Shown here piece by piece: positions 1 to 14,156 of a stretch of 64,000 nt of DNA; the first letter of the stretch is position 1; each line of letters starts with the position of its first letter. Origin of the DNA: the human T2T-CHM13v2.0 reference genome, Homo sapiens. The position numbers and the translations under genes are program-made. The stretch lies in the NCBI RefSeq assembly GCF_009914755.1, contig NC_060944.1. One strand, 5' to 3'. The notes under the pieces were generated by a model. It made no database searches and had not been told where the DNA came from. It worked only from the letters and a program-made list of their open reading frames with translations.

Positions 1-1096
1 AAAAATAGAAGACTTGAACAAGGTGTAAATCCAATAGATATAATAGACATATTCCGAACATTGTACCCAACAAAAATAGAATACACGTTCTTCTCAAGTA
101 CACATGGGACATTTTGCAGGATAGACTAAATGTTAGGCCACAAATTAAGACTGATATCATAAGAAGTATCTTCTACCACAACAAGATGAAGATTGAAACC
201 AATAACTGAAAGAAAATTTAAAAATTCACAAATACGTGAAAATTAAAGAACATACTCTTAAACCAGTAGGTAGAGGAATAAACTACAAGGGAAATTAGAC
301 CATACTTTGAGTCAAGTGAGAAAGAAACACAACATAGGAAAACTTATGAGATGAAGTAAAGTGCTAGGCAGGAAATTTTTAGCTGAAATACATTAGAAAG
401 CAAAATCTCCAAGGAACAACCTAATTTTACAACTTAGGGAACCAGAAAAAGAAGAACAAACTAAACCTAAAGCTAGCAGAAGGAAGGAAATAATAAACAC
501 TGGAGCAGAGTCAAATAAAATAGAGAATAGAAGGATAATAGCAGAAAGCAACAAAACTTAAAGTTGGTTCTTTGAAAGGATTAAATAAATTGACAAACCT
601 TTAGCTTTATTGACTAAGAAAATAAGAAAACTCAAATTACTAAAATCAGAAATGAAAGTGAGGACATTACTATTGTTTCTACAGAAGTAAAAAGGATTGT
701 ACAAGAGAACTATAAATTGTATGCCAACAAATCGGATGCCCTAGATGAAGTGGGCAAATTCTTAGAATGCAAAACCTATCAAGACTGAATCATAAGAAAT
801 CAAAATTTTGAATAAGTGTATAACTAGTGAGGAGATTGAATCAGTAATCAAAACCATCCTGATAAACAATCAGGCCCTCCTGGACCTGATGACTTTGCTG
901 GTGAATTCTGCCAAACATTTAGAGAAGAACTAACACTAGTTCTTCTCAAACTTCTCCAAAAGTATTGAAGAGGAGGGAATACTGCCTGACTCATTCTGTG
1001 AGGCCAGCATTACTCTGATACCAAAACCAGACAAAGACACTACAAGAAAATTACATCATTTATAACATTGATGCAAAAAATTTCAACAAAATACTA

Positions 1097-1521
<425 letters not shown>

Positions 1522-2090
1522 TCACATTAACAGATGAAAGAAAAAAAACACATGATCATCTCAATGCAGAAAAGTATTTGACAGAATTTAGCACCCTTTT
1601 ATAGAAAATAACTAGAAATAGAAGGAAACCACTCTATAATAAGGCCATATGCAAAAATCTCACAGCTAACATACTCCATGGTGAAAGACTGAAAGCTCCA
1701 ACATCAGCAATAAGGCAGCAATGCCCACTTTTGCCACTTATAGCCAACAGAGTATTGGAAGTGTTAGCCAGAGAAAATAAGCAAGAAAAAGAAACAAATG
1801 CCATCTGAATGGGAAAAAGCGAAGTTATCTGAGTTTGCAGGTGGCGTGATCTTAAATGTGGAAGACCCTAAAGACTAAACACACACAAACCTATTAGAAC
1901 TAGTATATGAAGTCAACACACAGAAATCAGTTGCATATCTATACACTTAACAGTGAACAATCCTAATAGAAAATGAGGAAAACAATTTCATTTAAAATAG
2001 CATCAAAAAGAAAAAAATGCTTAGGAATTAACCAAGGAGATGAAAGACATACACTGAAAACTACAAAATACTGCTGAAAGAAAGATGTAA

Positions 2091-2428
<338 letters not shown>

Positions 2429-4738
2429 AGAAAACTTAATGTTAAAATAATAATACTACTCAAACCAATCTACAGAGTCAATGTAATCCCTATAAAAATA
2501 ACAATTTTTTTAATAAATAGAAAAATTCATGTTAAACTTGATATGGAATCTCAAGGGACACTGAATACCTAAAACAATCATGAAAGAGAACCAAGTTGGA
2601 GGACTTACAGTTCCTTATTTCAGAATTTACTACAAAGCAACAGTAACCCAAACTGTGGTACTAGCATAAAAACAGACTTACAGACTAATAGAACAGAATA
2701 GAGATCCCAGAAATAAACCCTTGCATATATGGTCAAATGATTTTTGACAAGAGTGGCAAGACCATTCAATATGAAAAAGACTATACTCAACAAACGCTAT
2801 TGGGCAAACTGTATATTTATATGCTGAAGAATGAAGTTGAACCCTTACCTAACACCATATACGCAAATTAACTGAAAATGGATCGAAGACCTAAACATAA
2901 ATGTGAAAACTATAAAAATTGTAGATGAAAACCTAGGCAAACATCTTTATAACTTTGGATTTGGTGATGATTTCTTGGAAATGACACCAAAACATAGGCA
3001 ATAAAAGAAAAGAATAGTGAACTTGGACTTCATCAAAATTTAAAACTTTCATTCATCAAAGGAAGGGAATATATTTGCAAGTCACATATCTGATAAGGGA
3101 TTAATATTTAGAATATATAAAGAACTCCTACAGCTTAACAACAATAGAAGAACGCCCCAGCTTAAAAATGGACAAAGGATTTGAATAGTCATTTTTGCAA
3201 AGATATACATGTGGCCAATAAGCACCTGAAAAGATGTTCACTATCATTCACATTAGGAAAATACAAATGAAGACCACAATGAGATACCACCTTATACCAA
3301 TTAGTATGGCTATTACTTTAAAAAAAACCCAAAACTAGAAAGCAGTAAGTGTTGACAAGGTTGTGGAGAAAACAGAACCCTTGTGCATTGCGGGTGGGAA
3401 TGCAAAATGGTACAGCTGCTGTGGAAAACAGTGTGGTGGTTCCTATAGAATTGCTGTTTGATCCAGTAATTCCACTTTTGAGTGTATACCCAAAAGAGCT
3501 GAAGGGACTTCAACAAATATTTATACAACCATGTGCATGGAAGAATAGCCAGAAGCTAGAAACAAACCAAATGTCTATTAACAGGTGCATAAACAAAATG
3601 TAGTATATACACACAATGGAGTATTATTTAGCCTTAACAAGGAAGTAAATTCTGAGTGCATGCTTCTACATGGCTAAATCTCGAAGACATGCTAAGCGAA
3701 ATAAGTCAGACACAAAAGGACATATATGATTGCACTTATTGTAGCTACATAGAATAACCACATATATAATGGAGACAGAAAGCAAAATGGTCACTACCAG
3801 GATCTAGCGGGAGGAAAGAATGGGAAGTTATTGTTTAATAGTTACAGTGTTTCAATGTGGGATGAAAAAGTTCTGGATTCTACCAGTAGGTGGCTTTTAT
3901 TCCTCCTAGGGGGCCCTCCCTGCCTACATTTTGGCTTTGTCTTCCTTTGCTCATAATGTCCTTGTCCCTGCTCCCCACATGCCTCATCTGTAGTTCCTAG
4001 CACTTTCTTCTTCCCTTGATTCCAACCCATTCTCCAAGACCAAGTTGCCATGCCCTGTCTTAGAAACCCCTTTCTAATCTCTATTCCAGTGTGTCCTCCA
4101 TTTGGAAGTAGTGCTAAGAAAATTAAAAGAATAAAACTGGGCAGGGGCATGAGAATAGGATGCAAAGATGAATTTTTGGACTGAGTGGCCAAGAAGCTCC
4201 ATGGTGAGCACTCACAGTCTAAGGCTGGAAGTTTAATGAACTGTTTTCTACATTTCACAGGTAAGAAAACTGGGATACTAGTTGGTGGCAGAGGTGGGTC
4301 TGAAACTCAGGCACCATGATTCCAGGGCTTCACTACTCTCTGCTTGTGACCATCAGGCCCGAGAAAGCCAAGCCGTAGGATTTTGAGGAATTACTGAGTT
4401 ATAGTGGACTATTTGATCTTTTAAATTCTTAAAACTCGGAAAATCTGTTATCCTTTATTGTTGCTTACATTTTATATGTTGCTTGCTCTTCTGTCTGCCT
4501 AGATTTAAAGTTCCCAAAATGTAGGGACTCCATTTTGTGCACATATACCCTGTGTGGCCCCCCAGGACCTTGACTGTATGGGTTCACAAATGCCACTGGC
4601 TGGATTGAGACAGGGATTTAAAAGTCTTGGAACACATGGCACCAGGGTCACTGGGATCTTGATATCTCACCTGCCTCCCCCAGGGCAGCCTTATCCCTGC
4701 CCCTCACCCTGCCATGGGCAAGGCTGGCTTCTGAGTGA

Positions 4739-4906
<168 letters not shown>

Positions 4907-5379
4907 TAGGATTCCCATTCTTATTGCTGGGAATTTTAGGCTATGCTTGAAGCAGCCATCTTGCTTTGTTACTTGACCTTTGGGTTGGACCAAAAAGCAA
5001 CTACATTTTATTCGTGTTTCCCCAGGGAGGGTCTGATTTTGCAGAGTGGAAAATGGGTAGATTTGTTGTGTGTGTGCATATGTGTATTGTGTGTGCTACT
5101 CTGCATTTCTAGGCCTTTTTTCTCAGGCTGGGGTTCTCATCCTATGTTAACTTGTTTTAAATGAGAGGGGTGTTCATCTACTCGGCATGGAATAGAATCA
5201 GTGTACTCTCATCTGAGTTCACTGCCCACTCATCCCTTCCATTTCTGAGAGCCCCACTCACCTCTTCCAACTCAGGGCTTTGTACTACCTTTGAAGTTTC
5301 CTAGGCTGTTTAGCTTTGAATTCTTGAATGGGCTCTTGAGCCCATAACCTAGTTACTTATTTTCTTTTCCTGTGAGCAG

Positions 5380-5475
5380 GAATTTCATTTTCTAAACCAG
5401 AACTCATCACCCAGCTGGAGCAAGGGAAAGAGACCTGGAGAGAGGAAAAAAAATGTTCACCGGCAACCTGTCCAG
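5380..5475 (+). CDS. ZNF133: ZNF133 coding exon 2, KRAB-B box (GISFSKPELITQLEQGKETWREEKKCSPATCP)
   Basis: Polypyrimidine tract plus cAG at 5378-5379, donor GTGAGT at 5476. A 96-bp phase 1-1 exon, canonical for KRAB-B. Confidence 0.97.
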
Positions 5476-7974
5476 GTGAGTGGGAAAACACTGGACAAAT
5501 GAGACATGAGCTCAGCAGCTCAGAGGACTGGGGGAGAGGAGCCGTTGCTCAGGTGCTGGGGAGGGAAGCTGTTCCCCTGACCTCCTGGGCTGCTGTTTAG
5601 ATTGCCTGACACGGCCTCCCTTCCAGATCTCCATCTTCATTCGAGTATGGACGGGGCTTTCCTGGTGTCTCGTCTCCTTCCTCCACTAGGAAGCCTTTTT
5701 TCCTCCCAGTGGGTTTCTCCTCTCTAGCTCACTCAGTTCTCTTTCATATATATGGGCTTCTTTCTCTTGTTACTGTTTTTTAAAAAGATCATCAAGAATA
5801 TGGAAACAACTGTGACCTACAGAAAGAAGGCAAGCCCAGTGGGAGGAAGAAATCTAAAAAGCCAATAGAGAAATTGAAATGGAATTCTAAAAAAACTGTG
5901 AGCTATTCAAGAATGGCTTTTACATTTTATAATGTTATATAAATATCTATATAATATCCTTAATTTTGCCTCTTAACCATCAAAGCCTGAACTATTTACT
6001 ATCTTTAAGAAAAAGTTTGCTGGCCCATGCTCTAAGGGAGTACAATACATAGCCTTAACTTTTTATATTCTATTAATACTTAATCTGGGTAAAATATAAA
6101 ATGTAAGAGCATTGCAATTACACAGTTCCAATCACCCCCTCCTCCCAACATCCTTTGTACTATAATTGTCATTTGTATTATACACTCCTTATTACAATGT
6201 TAAAATGTTTGTTTTAAATGTTCATCTGGATTTGTTTTCTACAATGTATTTTTTTAATTAAGAGAAAAAATAGTCTTTAACTCATCCAGATAATTTATCA
6301 TTTTCTGTTCTTTTTGTTTGTTTGAAAATCCGAGTTTACCTTTGGTATTATTTTTCTTGAACCTTAAGGACTTCATTTGGCATTTCTTATGGTACAGGTG
6401 GCAGTGTATTCTCTATTGCTTCTGAAAGTGTCTTTATTTTACCTTCATTCTTGAAGTGTATCTTCGCTCGATGTAGAATTCTACATTGGTTATTTTTTCA
6501 GCACGTTAAAGATAACATTCCATTGTTCTGCCTGCCATTGTTTCTGATGGAGAAGTCACCATGAACATAATTTAGCTTTATTTCCTTTGGCTACTTTTCT
6601 CCGTACTTTTGGTATTCAGCAGTTTCACTGTGATGTGACTGCCTTAAGTACATTCTTCCTTTACATGTTTTTATCTGCCTGAATCTCTCTGTCCCCTTTT
6701 GGGACTATAGGCACATGTATATTAGTCCTTTTTATATAATCCCACAGGTTATAGATCCTTTCCATATTTTTAAATCTTTTTTTTCTCTCTGTTCTTTAGA
6801 CTGGATGATTTCTGTTGGTCTGTCTTCAAGTTTACTGTCTCATTTGTCATTTCCAATGTGCTAAGCTCTGGCCAGTGAATCCTTCATTTCACTTATTTTT
6901 CAGTTCTGCAATTTCCATTCACTTTTACTACACTTTTCTTTGTGGTGAGATTTCCTATCTGTTCACTAATTATAATTAAATTTTACTTTATCTTCTTTAA
7001 ATCAGACACTAAATGGATAACTTATTAAGTGAAAAAGTTATAGGATTTTGTATACTATGCAGTTGAGTTTGTTGTTAAACAAAGAGAAGTGTATGAAAGA
7101 GTATATATCCATATGTTTATGTGAACATAGAAGTCTGTTGTTATTTACCATTACTAGTGGTTACCTCTGTGGGGATAGAATTGGGGAGGGTTGGACAAGG
7201 GGCTGCTGAGAATTTTTCATCCTACTTTGCATTATTTTTAAATGACAGACACATAGATAACTTTAAGAAATTATATATGTGCTTTAATTTTTAAAATTCT
7301 TTTGACAGTTTTATAAATGTTTGCACAGAAGTATATATTTTCTTTTTCTGGGTAAGAAATTTTCTCCTCTTGTTTTTATTAAATTGATTAATTCTGTCTT
7401 CAAATTGAGGGACCATAGCATACATAATATAAATTGTCGCTGTTTTTCAACTTGTTTGTATCCTTACTGTTCATCTGTTAGAAGGAATCCTAAAGCTCTC
7501 CACAGTCGTAATTTATATCAACTTCTCCATTTATTTCTAAGTTTTTGTGTTATATTTCACTTTATTGTTCTATTAGGTATAGAAAGGTTCAGGATATTTT
7601 TATCTTACTCATTAATGAAGTTTTTAATGCTGAAATTCTCTTAGTTCCATGAGCTATTGTTTCCTTTAACTTCCTCTTTATTTCTTTTTAGTCTTAGCAC
7701 TGTACTTTCTGGTGCATCTTTTTGGTATTTTATTGTTCATCCTTTTATTTTAAAATAAAAACATTGTCATTTGGGTGTTTTGCTTTTAAGCAGCAGCATG
7801 TAGCTGGTGTTGCATTTGCTGTCAAACCAAGTGGTGTTAACTTTTAATAGTGACTTTACTTAATAACAGATAAATTTCATGAGACTTGCTCAGGAGTTGA
7901 CTGAGGCAGATGAGTAGGTGTTTTACTACAGCAATAGGAAAGAAGGAAGGTCAGGGCAAAGGAAGTAAAGCATC

Positions 7975-8357
7975 TGTATTAGTCACCTTGGGCCGCCATG
8001 ACAAAATACTGTGGACTAGCTGGCTTAAACAACAGAAATTCATTTAGTTATAGTTCTGGAAGCCAGAAGTTCAAGATCAAGTTGTCAGCAGGTTTGGTTG
8101 CTCTGAGTCCTCACTCCTGAACTTACAGATGGCCACCTTCCCCCTGTGTCTTCACATGGCCCTTTCTCAATGCTCACACATCTTTGTCGTCTCTTCCTCT
8201 TCTTAAAAGGACACCAGCCCCATTGGATTAGGGCCCACCCTTACGACCTTATTTAACCTTAATTACCTCTTTAAAGGCCCTGTCTCCAAATACAGTCACA
8301 TTAGGGATTACAGCTTCAACATAAGAATTTGGGGGAAACACAACTCAGTCCATAACA
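7975..8357 (-). mobile_element. MaLR solo LTR (MLT1B-like)
   Basis: TG...CA ends, MLT1 consensus motifs, perfect 5-bp TSD gcatc at 7970-7974 and 8358-8362. Confidence 0.88.
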
Positions 8358-9547
8358 GCATCCTTGTGAGAGCACCATAGTGATTTCATAGACTCTCCGC
8401 CGAATATATAGTTCCATAAAAGGTCAGTTGGATATATAAGTCCATTGGATCTCAGTTGTATGAAGGAGTAAAGATGAGGGACTGGTGTATAAGCTGAAAG
8501 GTCATGGATTGGAGCCCCAAATAAGGTCAGGAACCAATGTGCCCATGGTGCTTGAGCAAAGTGAGTCAGAAGGTAGAAGAAAAGGCTGTGTCAGAGAAGG
8601 GAATGTGCACAGGAGAGAATGTGAAGATTGTGCAGTGTCTGTGAACAGCATTCACAGTGCAGGTGAGGTCAGTGTTGCTGAGAAGTTGGAGTCTTAGCCA
8701 GAGGCTCAGCCCTGTGGAGCACCCTGAGAGTGCTGACAGGTATTGGTGTGGAGAGGATGTGAGGCTGGTAGGTGATCAAATATTCAGGGCAGTGTGTGAA
8801 ACCAGGAGACCTGTGGATGGTCCTAAAAAAAGTATGGTAGGTAATGGTGTGGAAGCCACATTACAAAACAAGGACATTCATCCCACTGTGTAATGCTTGA
8901 GATATGAAAGGAAGAAGCTGTCTATCTACTTGAGGGAATCTTACAAAAATCTTCCTCTCAAGGAACAAGAGAGGTGTCTAGCCAAGGACATGGAAGGAAT
9001 GTTGGACAGAGAAGGAGAGGATGTAGGGGCATTATCTGACCTGTGTGTTCATTCTAGAATTGGCAGGTGGAGGCTGGGAAAATGCTATACACCCTGACCT
9101 TTGTACATTTACACAAATATGTGTTTTCTCAACCTGAAAAGTATAGAATTATCAAAACATTTATATTAATAACAAGCAGCTTACCTATCATTGTCTTAAA
9201 GCGAAACCTATCTTTTTTGTCTCGTTTTTAATCCTTGTTTTAATTTAAAGAAAAACAGCAGCTCTTACAATGATGTTGAGCACATTAAAAAGAATGCTGT
9301 ACAATCCAAGGAGCAAGTCATTGTGGTTGCCCAGGAAGCTGTCTTGGAAACCCAAAATATATGTGTAACGGGAGGAAGACTGTTCTAGGTATAAAATACA
9401 TCTTAACGGTTTCATTATTCTATATTTGGGACTTGGATTTAAGACAGGCAATATCAGAATCCTCAAAATAGGCTAGTTACAAGAAAAGTATTTAATTTTC
9501 TTGGCTGTTTCATTAATCAGAATGCTAATTCAATAAATGTAACAGAA

Positions 9548-9985
9548 TCATTTGCAACAACATGGATGAACCTGGAGGATGTTATGTTAAGTGAAATAAG
9601 CCAGTCACAGAAAGACAAATACCACACAATCTTACTTATATGTGCAGTCTAAAAAGGTTGGATTCATAGAGGCAGAGAATACAATGGTGGTTACTAGGGG
9701 ATGGGGGTGGTTGGGGAAGATGTTGGTCAAAGGATTTTCACATAGAAGGAATAAGTTCAAGAGATCTATTGTATAACATGATGACTACAGTTAATAACAA
9801 TATATTGTATTCTTGAAAATCACTAAGAGTAGATTTTGGATGTTCTCATCACAAAAAATGATAGGTATGTGAGGTGATGCAATATGTTAATTAGCTCAAT
9901 TTAGCCATGTCACAATGTATATATATTTCAGAATGTACACAATGAATATATACATTTTTTGTCAATTTAAAAATTAATTAGTTTT
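9548..9985 (+). mobile_element. L1MA-type 3' end fragment
   Basis: catggatgaacctggagga...gtgaaataagccag motif and an L1MA 3' UTR. Confidence 0.85.
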
Positions 9986-10113
9986 TTAAAAGTAACAGGA
10001 GTTACCATAATTATGAAGAATTATATGCCCTCCTGAAGTGACTAATCCTTGTTATTTATATTGACTAAGAAGCCTGGTAAGAGGTAACACAGAAGCCTAA
10101 GAATGAGAACTAA

Positions 10114-10421
10114 AGCCAGGTGCTGTGGCTTGCACCTGTATTCCTAGCTACTCAGGAGGCTGAGGGAGACCAAGGCAGGAGGATCACTTGAGGCCAGGAG
10201 TTCAAGACCAGCCTGGGCAACATAGCAAGACTCTGTCTCTAAAAAATTTTTTATAATTAGCCAGGGTGAGGTGTTGTGTGCCTGTAGTCCCAGCTACTTA
10301 GGAAGCTGAGGAGGGAGGATTGCTTGAGCCCAGGAATTTGGGCTACGTGATCTATGATTGTACCACTGCACTTCAGCCTGGGCCACAGAGTGAGATCCTA
10401 TCTGTAAGAAATTTAAAAAAT
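10114..10421 (+). mobile_element. Alu (AluJ-type)
   Basis: Diverged Alu dimer; aagaatgagaa flanks on both sides. Confidence 0.9.
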
Positions 10422-11032
10422 AAAGAATGAGAAATTGGATATCTGGTGAGGTAAAAATAGAGCTTTTATTTCTAAGTTGAGTATACAAAAGACAAAAATT
10501 AGTTATTTTTCATATGGAGGACAGAAATACACCAAGTTATAATTCTTTTTTAGTTACCAGTATTATTGTCAAGTTTAAGCTTTTTTCTGTTTATTGGCAA
10601 GCTAAATAATTGTACATGTTTTTAAGCATATATAGTGTTGATGGACGGTATTTAAAGTTTTAAGTTTCAGTCTCAAATAATTAACATAAGGCTGATCTCA
10701 TTAGTTTAGGCAAAAATACAAGTAAAATTATTGCATGAGAACACTTTGTATAGTTTTGTTTTTGAATTTTTTAACAAAAATATTTATTCTTATAATGATT
10801 TCCTAACAGAGATCTTAGAAATTGAAAAACAACTTAATCAGTCTTAAGTTAAAAACTGCCTGAAAAATATGCCATTTCTGGTATTTACTTTGAGTAAAGT
10901 AATTGTAGATTCACGTAATTTCTGGCACTGTCTGTAAATTATAAGATACTAGTTGGACACATATATCTACATGTGCCTAATCTTACATATTTATGAAGGC
11001 AATATTAGCCTATCTGATTTTTAAAATCAGTA

Positions 11033-11398
11033 TAGGTTGACTCTCCCTTATCCAAAATGCTTAGGACCATAATTGTTTCAGATTTTGGGTTTGTTTGTTT
11101 GGTTGGTTGGTTGGTTTGCATTTTGGAATATTACCATAAACATAATGAGATATCTTGGGTATAGGACCCTAGTCTAAACAGGAATTTCATTTATGTTTTG
11201 TGTACACCTTGTACACTTGGCCTGAAGGTAATTATATTTTTCCTTTGAGGATGCTGAATCAACTGAATTTTATGTGCCTGTGTTTTGACTACGACCTGTC
11301 ACATGAGATCAGCTGTGGAATTTTCTACTTGTGGCTGCATGTTGGTGCTTAAAGATTTTCAGATTTTGGAACTTTGCAGATTAGGGATGCTGAACCTA
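11033..11398. mobile_element. TcMar-Tigger non-autonomous element (MER46-like)
   Basis: Terminal inverted repeats taggttgactctcccttatcc ... gattagggatgctgaaccta, flanked by TA. Confidence 0.82.
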
Positions 11399-11796
11399 TA
11401 TATTAGTCTTGGAAGTTTAGATTAGTTAAACTTTCTTTGAGAAAGCCTACATATCAGAACCAAGTTTTATATCACTAGAATATTATGCTAATGTTATGTT
11501 TACACTGATAAAATAAGGGAAAAGACATTGCATTTGTCTTATTTGCAGGCTTTATCTTACTTTGAAATATTGATTCCACCCTTTAGTTACATACCAGCTA
11601 GTAAGGTTGTTTACATATTGTAGTAAATAAGCTCTGAGTGCCTCACATTTCTTTCTTATCGTGCAACCTAATAAGCAAGGTGCCTGGCTTAATTCACAGC
11701 TAAACTTTTTTCTTCAGAGCCAGAGCTTCAGCTGCAGCAAGAAAGATTTCCTTCAGAAACTGGCATATTTGAATCATTAGGAGTTCAATTTTCAAT

Positions 11797-12096
11797 TTTA
11801 TTTATTTTTTATTTTTTTTGAGACAGAATCTTGCTCTGTTGCCCAGGCAGGAATGCAGTGGCGCAATCTCGGCTCACTGCAACCTCCGCCACGCAGGTTC
11901 AAGCACCTGCCTCAGCGTCCTGGGTAGCTGAAATTATAGGTGCACACCACCACAACCAGCTAATTTTTATATTTTTAGAAGAGACAGGGTTTCACCATGT
12001 TGGCCAGGCTGGTCTCAAATTCCTGACCTCAAGTGATCCACTCGACTCAGCCTCCCAAAGTGCTGGGATTACAGGCGTGAGCCGCTACACCTGGCC
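11797..12096 (-). mobile_element. Alu (AluS-type)
   Basis: T-rich tail followed by antisense Alu body. Confidence 0.93.
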
Positions 12097-14156
12097 TGAT
12101 TTTTTTTTTAATTTAGTTATTCTCGAGTTTTTAAATTTTAAATTTGTGTCAGTGCCCATTAGTCTCTATAAACCTATCAGTGCAGGAGCACCTTAGATTT
12201 AAAATATTTTATAAATAAATTCATTAACCTGGTAATATTTTGTGTTAAAATTTCTTCTAAGACTAAATATTCCTAGTGTATACACAGAATGCCAAATTTG
12301 GTGACCAACTGAAAAAATTGACTAATGGAGAATTAAAGTTTTGTTTTTCTTCTGTCACTCCATACAAATGTTAAAACCATGTTGAATTAAGATTTCTCTG
12401 AAGGCGCTTCTATAATTCTGAAATACATTTAGTGTAAATAAAAGCCTGCCACTTTACACATAGGCACAGCAGCTAGGGCTGTAATAAGCCTACATATCAG
12501 AAGCCTTGGTTCTTATAAGGGTGGGTGGGAGGTATTACCTGTGTCAAAATTATAGTCACTGTGCTTAACTCAGGACAGACACAGGAGTTCCTTTTACTGC
12601 TGAAAGACCTACTTACCCATGACTATGCCCTAATATGTATGAAGGTAAGCCAAGGAGATATGAGCTGTTGCTTCCCTTCTCCTGTCGTATTCAAGAGAAA
12701 CAAAATAGCCAATAAATCAAATCTGACAACTCCACCCAACTCAAGTTTCCATAATGTCAAGGAAGTTGCTGGCCAGAAATAGAACACAAAATCAGTTATG
12801 AGTTGTGGAACCTCAGACAACCTAGATTAAACCAAATAAACTTAGTGAGAACTCAGTGAAAGCAGCTAGGATTTACTGCTGAAAAAGGGTCTTGAGGGAC
12901 CACCCGGCACCTGTCCTGAATACAAGGGCTGGAAGAGCAGGCTTTCTCTGCAGGAGCTCCTCAGCACTGGCGTGGGGAGAGGCAGGCATCAGGTTAGATT
13001 GTTGGTTCCTCTGTCTGTCATCAAAGCCTGAGGTAAAGGCCACCAGAGCTACTGAAAGGAGAAAAGTTGAGCTTATTTACTGGCCAGGCAGTGAAACACA
13101 GAAGGGAAGACATTCACTTGGGCAGTTTGCTGAGTAGGAAGAGTCAGGAATTTTTAAGTGGTAAGAAAAGGTGGTTCTGCTCATTGTAATTAGGATTGAA
13201 AAGTAGCATTTCGCGTAGCATGGAATAATTCTGGAATGTGGATGTGTGCACTTTTAATAAGCTTGATTTTTCATTGGTCAAGAAAAGAGCATTCGGGTAG
13301 ATCCATCGAGATCTCTACCTGGTTACTCATATTGCCTGGTCATTGATTGCCTTCAGCTGACTAGACCCAGTTGTGATAAAACAATATACTCAATGTTGAC
13401 ATCTCCTACACAAGAGGCACTATAAGTAGAAATTTCTTCTTTTACACTGATTTTTGGGGAAAATTTTATTTACACTAATTATGGAAATAGGTTGGGGGTA
13501 CCAGGAGGGAGCATCCTTTAAAGTCATTGGGGACCTGGGCTCTGTGTTGTCCACTGCTGAAAGCCTACTGCCTCCTAGAAATTCTGGCATAGAGTAATCT
13601 AACAAATCTTTGTTGAGTGGGGAGACAGCAGCTCGGGTGTGTCACATACTGTTTCACTACCCTCTCATGCTCCTCCCTACACCAGGGCTTCTCTGTTCAC
13701 TCTAAATAACTGCTTTCTCAATCCATCCCCTTGTCCTCATAGGGAAATAAGGAAGGACATTTCCACATGAGTCCTAGGGTTAGACATCTTTCCATCAAAG
13801 AAGAAAGTACTTGTGGACATGATTTATCTCAGTGTGCATGGTTGTGAGTTAGAAGGTAATTAATTGTATTGAAGGTGAGGGGGAACTGTTCCATACTGGC
13901 CCTATTTACACACCCAAAAATGCCAGGGATGCTTGTGTAGTCTTATATGTAGAGCAGGTCTTAACAAGTGGGTTTTCTAGATTGTAATGCTAGACGTAAT
14001 AAGTAGCAGTAGGCTGGAGAGTAGGCCATGTAAAGGAAGTCCCGGTTGGATGGCACTTAAGGCCTAAGTGTTTTGAAGCCTAGGGGATCTGACTAAGCTG
14101 ATTGCTCAGGCTGCCCACTGAGGACTCAGTTGTGACTCACACTTTTCTCTCTGCAG

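Noticed and set aside
14102-14156. ORF-track N-terminus MLRLPTEDSVVTHTFLSA
   Set aside because: Intronic read-through upstream of the splice acceptor, starting at TTG rather than ATG.
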